Shown here: positions 41,225 through 51,470 of the stretch, one piece after another
How the letters are laid out: each line of letters opens with the position of its first letter
Numbering within the stretch: the first letter of the stretch is position 1
Source: a bacterium
GTDB taxonomy: Bacteria > Hinthialibacterota > Hinthialibacteria > Hinthialibacterales > Hinthialibacteraceae
DNA length: 64,000 nt
Assembly (NCBI GenBank): GCA_963663405.2
Contig: CAXXSM010000092.1
Span: 105,404 to 169,403 of the forward strand
Direction: 5' to 3'
Translations under genes and position numbers: made by a program
Notes under the pieces: model-generated
What the model was told of the DNA's origin: nothing
The model's input: only the letters and a program-made list of their open reading frames with translations
The model's database searches: none

Positions 41225-41937
41225 AACTTCCCTTCCTAATCTCCGTCCCTCACGCCGGTTTGGAGATTCCTCCAGAGGCGCAATCCTATTGTACACTGAC
41301 CCATGAAGACATCATCAAAGACGGAGACGAACACGCCGCGGATATTTATTCCATCCAAGAAGAAGTTGATCATTATGTCACTACGCATATTGCGCGGGCC
41401 ATTGTCGATCTGAACCGGCGCACTGATGACCGGCGTCCCGATGGAGTCATCAAAACACATACATGCTGGAATGTGCCCGTTTACCATCCACCACTGCCAG
41501 ATCCCATCGCCGATCAATTGTTAGAAAACTACTACCATCCCTACCATCAGAAACTAACAAAGAAAAGTAAGGATGCAATACTAGGAATTGACTGTCACAC
41601 GATGGCGGCGTATGGGCCACCAATAGGCCCCGGTGAAAATCTAAAACGCCCAGCAATCTGTTTAAGCGATGGGAATGGTTTAACCCTTCCCAAAGGCTGG
41701 ATCAAACATTTCGCAACGTTTTTTGAAGAAACGTTTGGTTTTAAAACCGCTGTCAACGATCCATTCAAGGGTGGGTATATTATACAAAGTCATTACCAAG
41801 AGATTCCCTGGCTTCAATTAGAAATCCGCCGCGATTTCTTCCTATCAAATGCAATAAAAAAAGAAAAAATCATCCAAGCGTTCAGAAAAATATTTACATT
41901 CATCCAAGAAACATCAACATCAAGTCGGGAGGATTAA
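41221..41937 (+). CDS. N-formylglutamate amidohydrolase family protein
   Basis: ISVPHAG, RAIVDLNR, YYHPYH, DCHTM, NDPFKGGYI, QLEI; overlaps the ggt stop. Confidence 0.92.
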   Translation: MKLPFLISVPHAGLEIPPEAQSYCTLTHEDIIKDGDEHAADIYSIQEEVDHYVTTHIARAIVDLNRRTDDRRPDGVIKTHTCWNVPVYHPPLPDPIADQLLENYYHPYHQKLTKKSKDAILGIDCHTMAAYGPPIGPGENLKRPAICLSDGNGLTLPKGWIKHFATFFEETFGFKTAVNDPFKGGYIIQSHYQEIPWLQLEIRRDFFLSNAIKKEKIIQAFRKIFTFIQETSTSSRED

Positions 41938-42027
41938 AACTACCAGATGGGCGCCCAGGGGAAGGCTTTATCCTCCCCTGGCATACTTCCAACATACCAT
42001 CACGTTCATTCAATTTCCTCTAATACC

Positions 42028-44212
42028 CTACCCACGCTTCCTACCGAGAAATTTACATTTCTTCCCCCCGCCTATTCCTTTCAAATTCACTGTACATTTG
42101 GTTTTAAGAAATCTTTTCCCCCGCGCTGTTTTCAATCGAGGAACTCGTTTGCATGAAAGAAATGCCCTTGATTTCGCGCGCAGCCTCTTTTTAGCCTTCG
42201 GGCGAGTTACGTACGCCGCTAAGGATTCAGATTCGATATCCGTATCATCCTCTTCAGCGCCTTCAAATTCCACAAATCCATGTTTCTCTAAAAATGTAAA
42301 CCACGCGGGGATACATTCGCGGTAACGTTCGATATCCAGCCGCGTTAACTGTTCAATCTCACCCACTGTGCGCTGACCATCCACCAGCCACCAAGAAAGA
42401 ATAAACGGCAGGTTGCTATACGGAGCCGTTTTCACAGGCGACCCCCAATTCTCATACGGGATCGAATCAAGCGTAATCGTGCAGAGCGATGTCCCATCCG
42501 GCAGGGGCACTCTCTCGTCAGCGGGCGCAGGCCGTTCCAACTCATCCCACTCCGGCGATGCCCCCAACTGTTCCGCGCGCGCGTCCAGGTGAGACCGGAT
42601 CAAATTCAACGCTGACTCAACCGCATCTTCGAGCGCGCCATACAGTTCATGGACGCAGTCCCATTCCGGTTTCACGGCGATATTCTCTTCCAGCGTCTCC
42701 AGCGTCCGCAGCGTTTGACCTTCCGCCTGCATACGCAGTGAAAGCCGCTGCGCCGCGTCCTGTTTGATCTCCTTTAATTCTGTCGTGGATTGCGTCGAAT
42801 CGATCCGTTCCATATATTGCGCAATCTCAGACTGGATCGATTCTTGCGCAAGTTGGTAGTTCCATAAGGCGGTTTGCGGCAGGCTTTGCGTGTCCAGCGA
42901 AGCGATTGTGTAAAGTGTCGAAGCGGCCGCCACCGTCAGATCAATCAGGGAACGGCGGTCCACAATTTCCGGCGTATCAAGGCTTGTGTAACGTACCTCA
43001 TCGGGTGTGCCGCCGGTCAGCCACTGTGTAGGAATACCGATCGCGGGATCGTTGAAGAAGAGATCCGCCGCGAGCGAGAACGGCCGTCTTTCAAGATGCC
43101 GCTGAGGACGAAATCGGGCGAGCAACCGTTGGCAAATATGCCAGCCGACTCCATCTGAGAAATGGCGCGCGCACACGGGCGCGGTCCGGTAACTCCATCG
43201 CGACCAAGAATAATCGGGATTCCCTGCGCCGGTTTCAACACAGAGGAGCGAACAGGTTCCGATCCAGAATCGATTTCCGTTCGTGCGCGAAGCCGATGGA
43301 GCCATACGTTTTCGGAGCCAATAGAAATCGGATTCCAAAACGAGGACGCGGCAGCCGTCCACTATCAAACAGATCCTTCAAAACACGAGCGGTTTCCAAC
43401 GCCACTGCGGCGGCGGCGGCGTTGTAGTTCGCGCCAGGGCCATACAACGGCGCGATCAACATCACCTCGCGTTCGGGTATCTGTCCGGGGATTACACTAT
43501 GAATAAGCGGCAGCGTGCCCGGTTTCAACTCCGCTTTGATCTTTACGCGAATCCGGACATTCTGTTCCGCCGCCATTTGTATGAGTTCATTCCCAATCTC
43601 AGGAGAAACCGCCAGAGCGATTAAGGGCTTTTCATCCTTCTTCGTTCCCCAACCGCCGGGATTATTTGAATTGTTGTGAATCCATTTGCGTTGCGGATGC
43701 GTTGGAAGGATTGGGGAGCCAACCACTAAGCACGCCCAGCGCGCCCCGGTTAGACGCCACCCGCCGGATCGCCGGAAAGCGTTCCGGGCGTGTAGACGAA
43801 TTTTCCTTCTACGTCCATCCGCTCCAGATCGCCCGTTCCCAAGATAACCAGATCACCTTCCAATCCTTCCGGCGGTGTGCCTGGAGACCACATTCCCACA
43901 AGATTCGGCGTATCGCTCCACTGACTGAGGACTTTCGATTCCGGTTCGATTAATTCAAGCGACCCGTCTTCACAATCCCAGGCAAGCGGCATTACCATGT
44001 CACCGTAAGTAGTCTCTCCATCCGCCTTGAAATCTAGCCGCTCCACCTCCAATCCATAATCCCGCAACTGCTCGAAGACGTAATCCGCATTCAATCCATA
44101 CTGATGAAAACTCGAAAGCCGGTTATTCTCCCAAATACGATTGAGATGTTCCTGAATCCGGACGGCGTCAATCGGTTCTACAACCGTTGAAAGAAGGGTG
44201 TCCTATATTCAC
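42028..44212 (-). CDS. DUF4910/M28-like peptidase domain protein, fragmented by several frameshifts
   Basis: Pieces: PLAWDCEDGSL; IPGQIPEREVMLIAPLYGPGANYNAA; PRPRFGIRFL; FNDPAIGIP; YTSLDTP; DGQRTVGEI winged-helix. Canonical metal ligands look degenerate. Boundaries approximate. Confidence 0.65.
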
Positions 44213-46066
44213 AATTCGTTTCGCTTTCTATCGCCATATAATATTTTATCAAATGCTTTCGTCATTTCTGTCCAGTCATCTTTTCCTTTTTCTTTGACAT
44301 TATCTAATATTCTCTTTTCCGCTTCCTGTTGGAGCAATTCCAATACCTCATCATGAGATTTTTTTATATCTTTCTCATCGATTGGCAGTGGATCAACCAG
44401 GATATCATTGGTTATCGGCAACCGTTCGGATATCGGCGATCCTCTTAAACGCGATTTCATCTTCTTGGTCGGGGAACAAATTCATTATTTTTGCATTAAT
44501 ATCTTCCTTGGTGGAGAAGTTAGCATTAAGGATCGTCCGTATGAGTCTGTCCAATTCAGTTTTCTCATCGATCAATTCAAACCAATTCGATATCTTTGTT
44601 AGTTCCTCTTCCGAAAATACTTTTAAACTGCTTTTCCCTTCAATATTCTCCACAGTAACTAAGCCATAGTGAAACGATAACAATCGAAGCAGCATCTCTT
44701 TTGTGATATCGGAATGGCGTTTTACTTGTTTTATAGGTACCGATTCCACATCATTCGTTTCACGCATGCGGCGATAGACGCTTTTCTCCAAGGCTTTCGC
44801 AACGGATTGCTGCAAAACAGCGGCTTCACTGCCAATGCGATCCGCTAAGATCCGGATATAATCCTGGCGGATATACGCTTCTGAAATCCGCGCCAGCAGA
44901 GGCAGCATACCGTTCACGATTTCAGATTTCCCCGCTGGGGTGGAAGTATTACGCCCGATCAGCATCTGCGAAAGATAGAACTCAAATCCATCCGGCGCCG
45001 TTTCAAGCAACTGTTGAAGTTCTTCTCTTCCCCGGCTTTTTAGAAAATCATCCGGATCGAGCCCTTCCGGCATCAAGACCACTCGAACCGCCTGCCCCGC
45101 TTCGAAAAATAATTCCACACCCCGTTTGGCGGCGTTGATCCCGGCGGTATCCCCATCGTAGAGCAGCGTGCAATCTTTCGTGTAGCGTTTTAGAATGGCA
45201 AGGTGCTCTTTCGTCAGCGCCGTGCCAAGTGTAGCGACGGTCTGTTCGAAACCGTGTACATGCAAGGCGATAGCGTCCATGTATCCTTCCACAATCACAA
45301 CGCCATTGTCTTTGATGACTTTCTTCGCCCGGTCCAAGAGATACAGCACACGCGATTTGTTGAAGAGAGACGTATCGTTGCTGTTCAGATATTTCGCCTG
45401 TTCGTCAGAACGCAGCGCCCGTCCACCAAACGCGATCACACGCCCCAGCGTATTCCGGATCGGAAACATGATCCGATGCCGGAACCGGTCATAAAAACCG
45501 TTCCCCTCTTTGCGGGGGATAATCAATCCCAATTCACTTTGGACCGCTTCGGGAAAACCCCGCTGCTTCAGCGCGTGCAAAAGACTGTCCCACCGGTCCG
45601 GCGCATAGCCCATGCCAAACGTCCGCGCGTGTTCTCCCGTCAACTGCCTTGATTTGATGTAGTCAATGGCGGTCTGGTTTTCACTCAGCCATTTCACATA
45701 CAGCTGCGCCGCGATGTCCATCACCTGATAGCGGTCGATCTCCCCATGCGGCCGGTCCCGCCCGCGTTGCTCTTCGATACGGATCCCCAGTTTCCCCGCC
45801 AGAAACCGCTTCGCTTCCGGAAATGTCAGGTTTTCCACCTCCATGACAAAATCAATGGCGTTTCCACTTTTGCCACAGCCGAAACAATGAAAAAATTGGC
45901 GATCGGGATGAACGCTGAACGAAGGAGTTTTTTCTTTATGGAATGGACATAGGCCGAACAGCCGCCCCCCAGCTTGTTTCAACCGCACATAGCTGGAGAC
46001 GATATCCGCCAGATCGGCTTTATTCAGGATTTGTTCTTTAACGGTGTCGGTTTGGCCATCCCTCAA
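44209..46066 (-). CDS. dnaG: DNA primase, C-terminal frameshift near 44420
   Basis: CPFH..FHCFGC zinc finger, DRFRHRIMFPI, KYLNS, VEGYMD, YDGD, DPDD. ORF 44209-44460 is the likely C-terminal continuation. Confidence 0.95.
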
Positions 46067-46157
46067 TCTTCAAGACAATAAATGAATTATGATCATATCT
46101 CTAACTACAGTGTATACGGAATTTCAACCACGTCAAAACCTAAAAGAGGGCCGAATT

Positions 46158-47027
46158 TCAAAAGAGACATTCCCAACACGACGCATCAAACCCACTTTTC
46201 TTTAATTCTTGAACCACCCGCTTCGCTTCTTTTAAATCAGTAGTCAAGCTGAATAGATTGGAGCCGGAGCCGGAAAGGAGAGGTTTCGTCGGGCTGATTT
46301 CGCAGAAAATATTATAGACGTTTTGAATCGATGGATACGCCTCGTAAATCACCGGTTCAAAGGAATTGAATAAATACTCAGGCAGGCGGTCAAACCGCTT
46401 CTCTTGAAGCGCAGCAATCAACTCTTGAGGCGATCGATGGATCTTAGACGCGCTTTCATCCCAGAGCTGATAGGCCTTTTTTGTTGATACACTCTCTTGG
46501 GGCGAACAAAGAACAGCATAACAAGGGATAGTCTCCTCATCCCAAAAGTATGACTCCAAAACCTGTTCCCCCACCCCACCGAGCAGGCAACAGCCCTTCG
46601 CTAAAAAGAAAGGCACATCCGCTCCAATACCCTCTCCGATATGCCGCAGTTCCTCATCAGATAAAGGATAATCAAAGAGCTGATTCAATGCTTGCAGGAC
46701 GGTGGCGGCGTTGGCGCTGCCCCCGCCCAATCCTCCTTCCACGGGGATCTGTTTCTCAATCACAATACGAACGCCGGTATCTTGGCGCGACTGTTCTAAA
46801 AAACAGACCGCCGCTTTGTGCGCCGTATTGCGTTCATCCGAGGGAACGCTAGGATGATCCACCATAATCAGAACGTCGTTTGATGAGATGAATTGGATCG
46901 TAATACGATCGTGCAGTGAGATTCTTGTATTCACCATACAGAGCGTATGATATCCATCAGCGCGCTGCCCAAGGATATCCAGAAAGAGGTTCAGTTTGGC
47001 GTAGGAATTGAATTGAAACTGTTTCAT
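46158..47027 (-). CDS. ispE: 4-diphosphocytidyl-2C-methyl-D-erythritol kinase
   Basis: AKLNLFL, DGYH, GGLGGGSANAA, GADVPFF, LSGSGS. Confidence 0.96.
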   Translation of the reverse strand: MKQFQFNSYAKLNLFLDILGQRADGYHTLCMVNTRISLHDRITIQFISSNDVLIMVDHPSVPSDERNTAHKAAVCFLEQSRQDTGVRIVIEKQIPVEGGLGGGSANAATVLQALNQLFDYPLSDEELRHIGEGIGADVPFFLAKGCCLLGGVGEQVLESYFWDEETIPCYAVLCSPQESVSTKKAYQLWDESASKIHRSPQELIAALQEKRFDRLPEYLFNSFEPVIYEAYPSIQNVYNIFCEISPTKPLLSGSGSNLFSLTTDLKEAKRVVQELKKSGFDASCWECLF

Positions 47028-47746
47028 AATGACTGCCGTTGCTTTACTTCATGACGGATCATTTGAAGAACCGCTTCGGCCAAGGGGATATCCTCCGGCG
47101 TCGTGATCTTCATATTTTGATACGAACCGGGAATCATGAGAACCTCCTGACCGGCGAATTCCAATACCTCCCCATCATCCGTGGGGTAGGGGGGAGGGGT
47201 GAGAGATCGGTACGCTTCGAGGATCACGGAATACTGGAATGTTTGAGGCGTTTGCGCAAGCCAAAATTGACTGCGGTCACGGGTGGCCGTGACACGCGCT
47301 GAGGCGTTTGTCTCTTTCAGCGTATCTTTCAAAGGAACGCCGACGACACAGCCAGAAACCTCTCGCAGCGCCTGTAAAGAATCCTGTATGTAATTCTCAC
47401 GAAGAAATGGCCGCGCCGCATCCTGAATTAAAACCGCGTCCGGTATATGGGAGGAGAGATAGGCAAGACCATTTTTCACGGATTCAAACCGCTCACAACC
47501 ACCGGGAACAAAATGCCCACTGGCTTTGGGACAATAGCGTTCCATAATCCGTTCGACCTCTTCCCGGTCTTCTTCCCGGCCAACAACGGTTACAATAGAT
47601 ACGCCGTCACAACATTGAAAGACTTCCAGGCTATACGAAAGGATGGGCCTTCCCCCCAGACTTTGGAGCGCTTTATTCCGCCCGCCCCCCATACGGCGGC
47701 TTTTCCCCGCTGCGACGATCACAGCTGCTGCGCGAAGATCCGGCAT
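47024..47746 (-). CDS. ispD: 2-C-methyl-D-erythritol 4-phosphate cytidylyltransferase
   Basis: AAGKSRRM, DAARPF, AQTPQ, TDD, KITTPED. Confidence 0.96.
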   Translation of the reverse strand: MPDLRAAAVIVAAGKSRRMGGGRNKALQSLGGRPILSYSLEVFQCCDGVSIVTVVGREEDREEVERIMERYCPKASGHFVPGGCERFESVKNGLAYLSSHIPDAVLIQDAARPFLRENYIQDSLQALREVSGCVVGVPLKDTLKETNASARVTATRDRSQFWLAQTPQTFQYSVILEAYRSLTPPPYPTDDGEVLEFAGQEVLMIPGSYQNMKITTPEDIPLAEAVLQMIRHEVKQRQSL

Positions 47747-47950
47747 GATTTCTCCAACTCAAGTCCATCGATTTAAGAGATAGGACGAAACGGGATGAAA
47801 TTTAATGAAAAATCGAGAGTTTGGGACCAAAGAATGACACCAGACAAACTATAACATAGATTCGTGATAACGGAACCGTTTCGTTTTTCCAAACAACGAA
47901 AACGGCCCCCTCGAATGAAGAGGCCGTTGGTAATTGATCGTATGCAACAA

Positions 47951-48029
47951 GTAGGTTGGATCGCGATTAACCGATCCACCAGTTACTATTATATGATTTG
48001 GCGCCTCATAAAGACGCGGCCTACCCTAC
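47951..48029. repeat. Possible GTAG-type REP doublet
   Basis: GTAGGTTGGATCG..CGATCCACC and ..GGCCTACCCTAC termini between ispD and rpsT; single occurrence in the window. Confidence 0.35.
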
Positions 48030-48049
48030 GCGGCTATACGCGGATTCAG

Positions 48050-48319
48050 TCAATTCTTTTCAATACTATTCACTAGCCGCATCAAGCGGGATTTCCGCCG
48101 GGCGGCGTTGCGTGGATGAATGATGTGTCGTTTCGCGGCGGTATCCAAAGCCGAGACAGCGGTTTGCAACCGGTTCTTGACATCCTCCACACGTTTCTCA
48201 CTTACAGCCGTTCTAACTTTTTTGACTAATGTGCGGATTTTGGATTTTACCGAGACGTTGCTTTTCTGCCGCCTGACGTTTTGCCGTAGACTTTTCTCTG
48301 TCGCTTTATGGTTGGGCAT
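48050..48319 (-). CDS. rpsT: 30S ribosomal protein S20
   Basis: MPNHKATEKSLRQ...KSKIRT...IIHPRNAARRKSRL. Confidence 0.95.
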   Translation of the reverse strand: MPNHKATEKSLRQNVRRQKSNVSVKSKIRTLVKKVRTAVSEKRVEDVKNRLQTAVSALDTAAKRHIIHPRNAARRKSRLMRLVNSIEKN

Positions 48320-48361
48320 GGTTCCTATACCTCGCATCAGGAAATCCCTGAATGAATCTCG

Positions 48362-48454
48362 TTATATAAAAATGAGTTTTGCGCATTCATCGTTTGCAAT
48401 ACTATACGCGGCTCATTTCATTTGCGCATTGCGATCTTAAATCACAATGGTTTT
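48362..48454 (-). repeat. Repeat family A, copy 5 (degenerate)
   Basis: TTATATAAAAATGAGTTT...CTCATTTCATTTGC...GATCTTAAATCACAATGGTTTT between rpsR and rpsT. Confidence 0.7.
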
Positions 48455-48469
48455 CTACGTTTCCGTATT

Positions 48470-48883
48470 CTATCTTCGTGTAAAGGATAGAAGGGCGATG
48501 TTGCGCGATTGCTTGATTGCGCGAGTCAGCATCCGTTGATGACCTGCGCAGTTCCCTGTGATGCGCCGGGGCATGATTTTCCCCCGCTCCGTCAGAAAAT
48601 CACGCAGCAGACGGTAGTTCTTATAATCGATATAAACCACTTTGTCTACACAGAACCGGCATACTTTCCGCCGCCGGAATCCCCGGCGCATGGGACGTCT
48701 TTTCTGCATACCGCCTGGACCACCGCTATTGCTACCTCCACCACGAGGGCCGCCTCGACCCTGTCCGCCTCCACCGTGTCCGCCTCCACCGTAAGTCCGG
48801 GGCCCGCTTCTATGCATGGATGGCCGGCTCGGCGCCGCGCTCGTTTCTGGTCTCTTTCCTGTTGATTCGTTTATATCAGACAT
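48470..48883 (-). CDS. rpsR: 30S ribosomal protein S18 (zinc-binding type) with Gly/Arg-rich N-terminal extension
   Basis: [30 protein letters not shown]. Confidence 0.96.
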   Translation of the reverse strand: MSDINESTGKRPETSAAPSRPSMHRSGPRTYGGGGHGGGGQGRGGPRGGGSNSGGPGGMQKRRPMRRGFRRRKVCRFCVDKVVYIDYKNYRLLRDFLTERGKIMPRRITGNCAGHQRMLTRAIKQSRNIALLSFTRR

Positions 48884-48913
48884 GAGATTGACTCACTCCT
48901 TTGTATTCAATGT

Positions 48914-49354
48914 TCAGAATGGCAAATCACTGTTATCATCATCCATCGCAGGTCCCATGGATGAGGGTTCGGGTGGCGGGGGAGCGTCCGCATCGGAATG
49001 CGAAGGCGCGGGGCCATCCATACCCTTGCCCGATCCACCTCGATCGAGAAACTGAACGTTTTCCGCCTGCACTTCATAAGCCGTACGATTCTCGCCTTCA
49101 CGAGTCTGGTATTTTCTCATCTGAAGCGATCCCTCGACCGCGATGAGCCGGCCCTTTTTCATATATTCGCAGATTAATTCCGCCAATTTGCGCCACGCGG
49201 ATATATTGATGAAATCGGTCTCCCGTTCCCCCGCCGCATTTTTATAATTCCGGTCCACGGCGATACAGAAACTGGAGACGGGAATACCGCTTTGCGTATA
49301 GCGCAGTTCGGGATCCGCCACGAGACGTCCAATCAATACGATCCGGTTTAACAT
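48914..49354 (-). CDS. ssb: Single-stranded DNA-binding protein
   Basis: MLNRIVLIGRLVADPELRYT (ATG 49354)...DDDNSDLPF acidic tip. Confidence 0.96.
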   Translation of the reverse strand: MLNRIVLIGRLVADPELRYTQSGIPVSSFCIAVDRNYKNAAGERETDFINISAWRKLAELICEYMKKGRLIAVEGSLQMRKYQTREGENRTAYEVQAENVQFLDRGGSGKGMDGPAPSHSDADAPPPPEPSSMGPAMDDDNSDLPF

Positions 49355-49356
49355 AA

Positions 49357-49997
49357 TTATTTTTCCGGTTCGGGAGCGGGCCTTCTCCGGCTCAGGTGGA
49401 GAAGCGGTTTCCTCGGTTTCCACGGCGGGTTCCGCCGCTGGTTTGGGTTCAGTGCTTTCTTCCGGCGCGGCTGGAGCGGATTCTTCCGTGGCAGGCGCCT
49501 CAGCGGGTGTCTCCTCATTGGAAGCGCTTTCTTTTGCTTCTTCCGCGGCTTTTTCAGCGGCGGCTTTTTCAGCGGCGGCTTTTTCAGCGGCGGCTTCTTC
49601 AGCCGCTTTCGCTTCAGCGGCCAGCGCCGCTTCCCGTTCTTTCTCCGCTGCCTCTTTCTTCGCTTGCAACGCTTTTGCGTCGCGTTCTTCCTGGATCAAT
49701 TTCGCTTTGGGGACTTTGAGGATTAAATACCGAAGCAAACCGCTGTGTGTCCGCTCGTACTCCCGCAGTTCTTCCGGCAGTTCGGGAGACGCTTTGCACT
49801 CGATGTTAATATACGTCCCGTCGTTCTTTTTTCTTGATTTCGTACGAAAGTTTCCGGGTTCCCCAGTTCACTTCTTTGTCGATCACCCCATCAGAATCCT
49901 TGATTAAAGTACGGATATCCTCCAGGATCTGTTGGGAAGCGTCTTCTTCCAAGGTGGGATCAATGATGAGCATGGCTTCATACAATACTTGAGCCAT
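49357..49997 (-). CDS. rpsF: 30S ribosomal protein S6 with long Ala/Glu/Pro-rich tail, two apparent single-base insertions
   Basis: YEAMLIIDP..WGTRKLSYEIKK; removing one base at the T run 49827-49832 gives KKKNDGTY..LLRYLILK; removing one base near 49382 gives ..PAPEPEK TAA (49357-49359). Confidence 0.9.
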
Positions 49998-50002
49998 AGA
50001 CT

Positions 50003-50050
50003 GCCTCCTTCGGTCTGTTGGCCCGTATCATTCAATACGGGCAGGATTCG
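50003..50050 (-). ncRNA. Probable S6:S18 (rpsF) ribosomal protein leader
   Basis: Minus strand UCCU-GCCCGUAU-loop-AUACGGGC-CA-ACAGA-CCG-AAGGAGG directly before rpsF: a hairpin with CCR triplets and anti-SD/SD pairing, as in the known rpsF leader. Confidence 0.6.
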
Positions 50051-50295
50051 CAATTCGGAATAGAGACCCAAAACGGTCTTCAATTATGATTGGTATATAA
50101 GCAAACCAATATTAAACTCGCAAAGACTCATTCGATCAAGGGGGATGAGAGCGAATGGATCAAAAAGATTGTGAAGAGCGGCTCATTTAACAAATCTTAA
50201 AAATATCCTAATATTGAATGGGATTACAACGATGAATCCCTTCGCTAAGGTCCAGAGAATTGAAACACAGTCCCAAAAAACATAGGAGATAAAAC

Positions 50296-51231
50296 ATGAC
50301 GATAAATCGAGCGCAAGGCTGTCTATTAGGACAACTCGCCGGTGACGCTCTGGGCAGCTTAGTTGAGTTTATGCCTCCAGAAGAGATTCAAAATAAATAT
50401 CCTGAAGGGATTAGGAGGATGGCCGATGGAGGTACTTGGAATACGATAGCTGGTCAACCCACAGACGATTCAGAGATGGCGCTATTGCTTGCACGAATGC
50501 TTATTGAAAACGGAACCTACGATCCTGACTCCGCCCGGAAAACATATATTTTCTGGCTGAACTCAAATCCTTTCGACTGTGGAATGACAATAGCCGCAGG
50601 CCTTCGAGGACACCCAAACCATGACAGCCAAGCCAATGGAGCCATGATGCGGGTAAGTCCATTAGGGATTTTTGGATCGAACTATGAGTTACATCAAGTA
50701 GCTCACTGGGCAAAGCTTGACGCTTCAATAACTCACCCTCACATAGTTTGCCTGCAAGCCAATGCGCTATATACCATGGCGATTTCTCATGCCATCAACA
50801 CTGGGATTAATCCCCAATTGCTGTACCAAACAATTTTGACATGGGCTAATGAGATAAAGGTCGAACCAGAACTAATGGCGTCAATCCATTACGCCGCCGA
50901 TACCCCTCCAACAGATTATGTTCATCAACAAGGCTGGGTTTTAATCGCATTCCAGAATGCGCTCTGGCAATTAATTCATGCTCCAAACTTCGAAGCAGGT
51001 ATAATTGACACTGTGATGCGCGGTGGGGACACCGATACCAACGCCGCCATTTGTGGAGCGCTTCTAGGCGCTGTGTACGGTTCGGAATTCATTCCAGTTC
51101 AATGGACTGATTGTGTTCTAAATTGCCGGCCCGAAGCTGAAAATCCCGTTGTTTACCGCCCACGTCCCCAATGCTTTTGGCCAGTAGACGCTATTGATTT
51201 AGCAAGCCGGTTAATCAATCAAAATCAATAG
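50296..51231 (+). CDS. ADP-ribosylglycohydrolase family protein
   Basis: GDALG, GQPTDDSEM, ANGAMMR, GGDTDTNAAICGALLGA. Confidence 0.93.
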   Translation: MTINRAQGCLLGQLAGDALGSLVEFMPPEEIQNKYPEGIRRMADGGTWNTIAGQPTDDSEMALLLARMLIENGTYDPDSARKTYIFWLNSNPFDCGMTIAAGLRGHPNHDSQANGAMMRVSPLGIFGSNYELHQVAHWAKLDASITHPHIVCLQANALYTMAISHAINTGINPQLLYQTILTWANEIKVEPELMASIHYAADTPPTDYVHQQGWVLIAFQNALWQLIHAPNFEAGIIDTVMRGGDTDTNAAICGALLGAVYGSEFIPVQWTDCVLNCRPEAENPVVYRPRPQCFWPVDAIDLASRLINQNQ

Positions 51232-51470
51232 TACTAATGCGAAGTTAGAAAAGAATCATCTCTTTGACAAAAGAAAAAAATGCAAGAGTAATAATAGTAG
51301 ATCCCGCAAATAATCGTATTTCGCGTCTATTCAATCAAAAAAACAGCCTGCTTCTAGCAATCCCCAAATCACCTCCGATAGAAAACAATAGAACATTACA
51401 ATCGATTGTCTAAATGTTTCGCCAATGAATTCCGTATGAATTATTATAAGCTGAGAGCAAGGGGGAAATC

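Noticed and set aside
48914-49738. Novel S6-tail/SSB fusion protein
   Set aside because: Removing one base near 49382 restores a TAA two bases before the ssb ATG, giving the canonical rpsF-ssb-rpsR operon.
51264-51296. Sigma70 promoter with perfect TTGACA
   Set aside because: No good -10 hexamer at 16-18 bp spacing.
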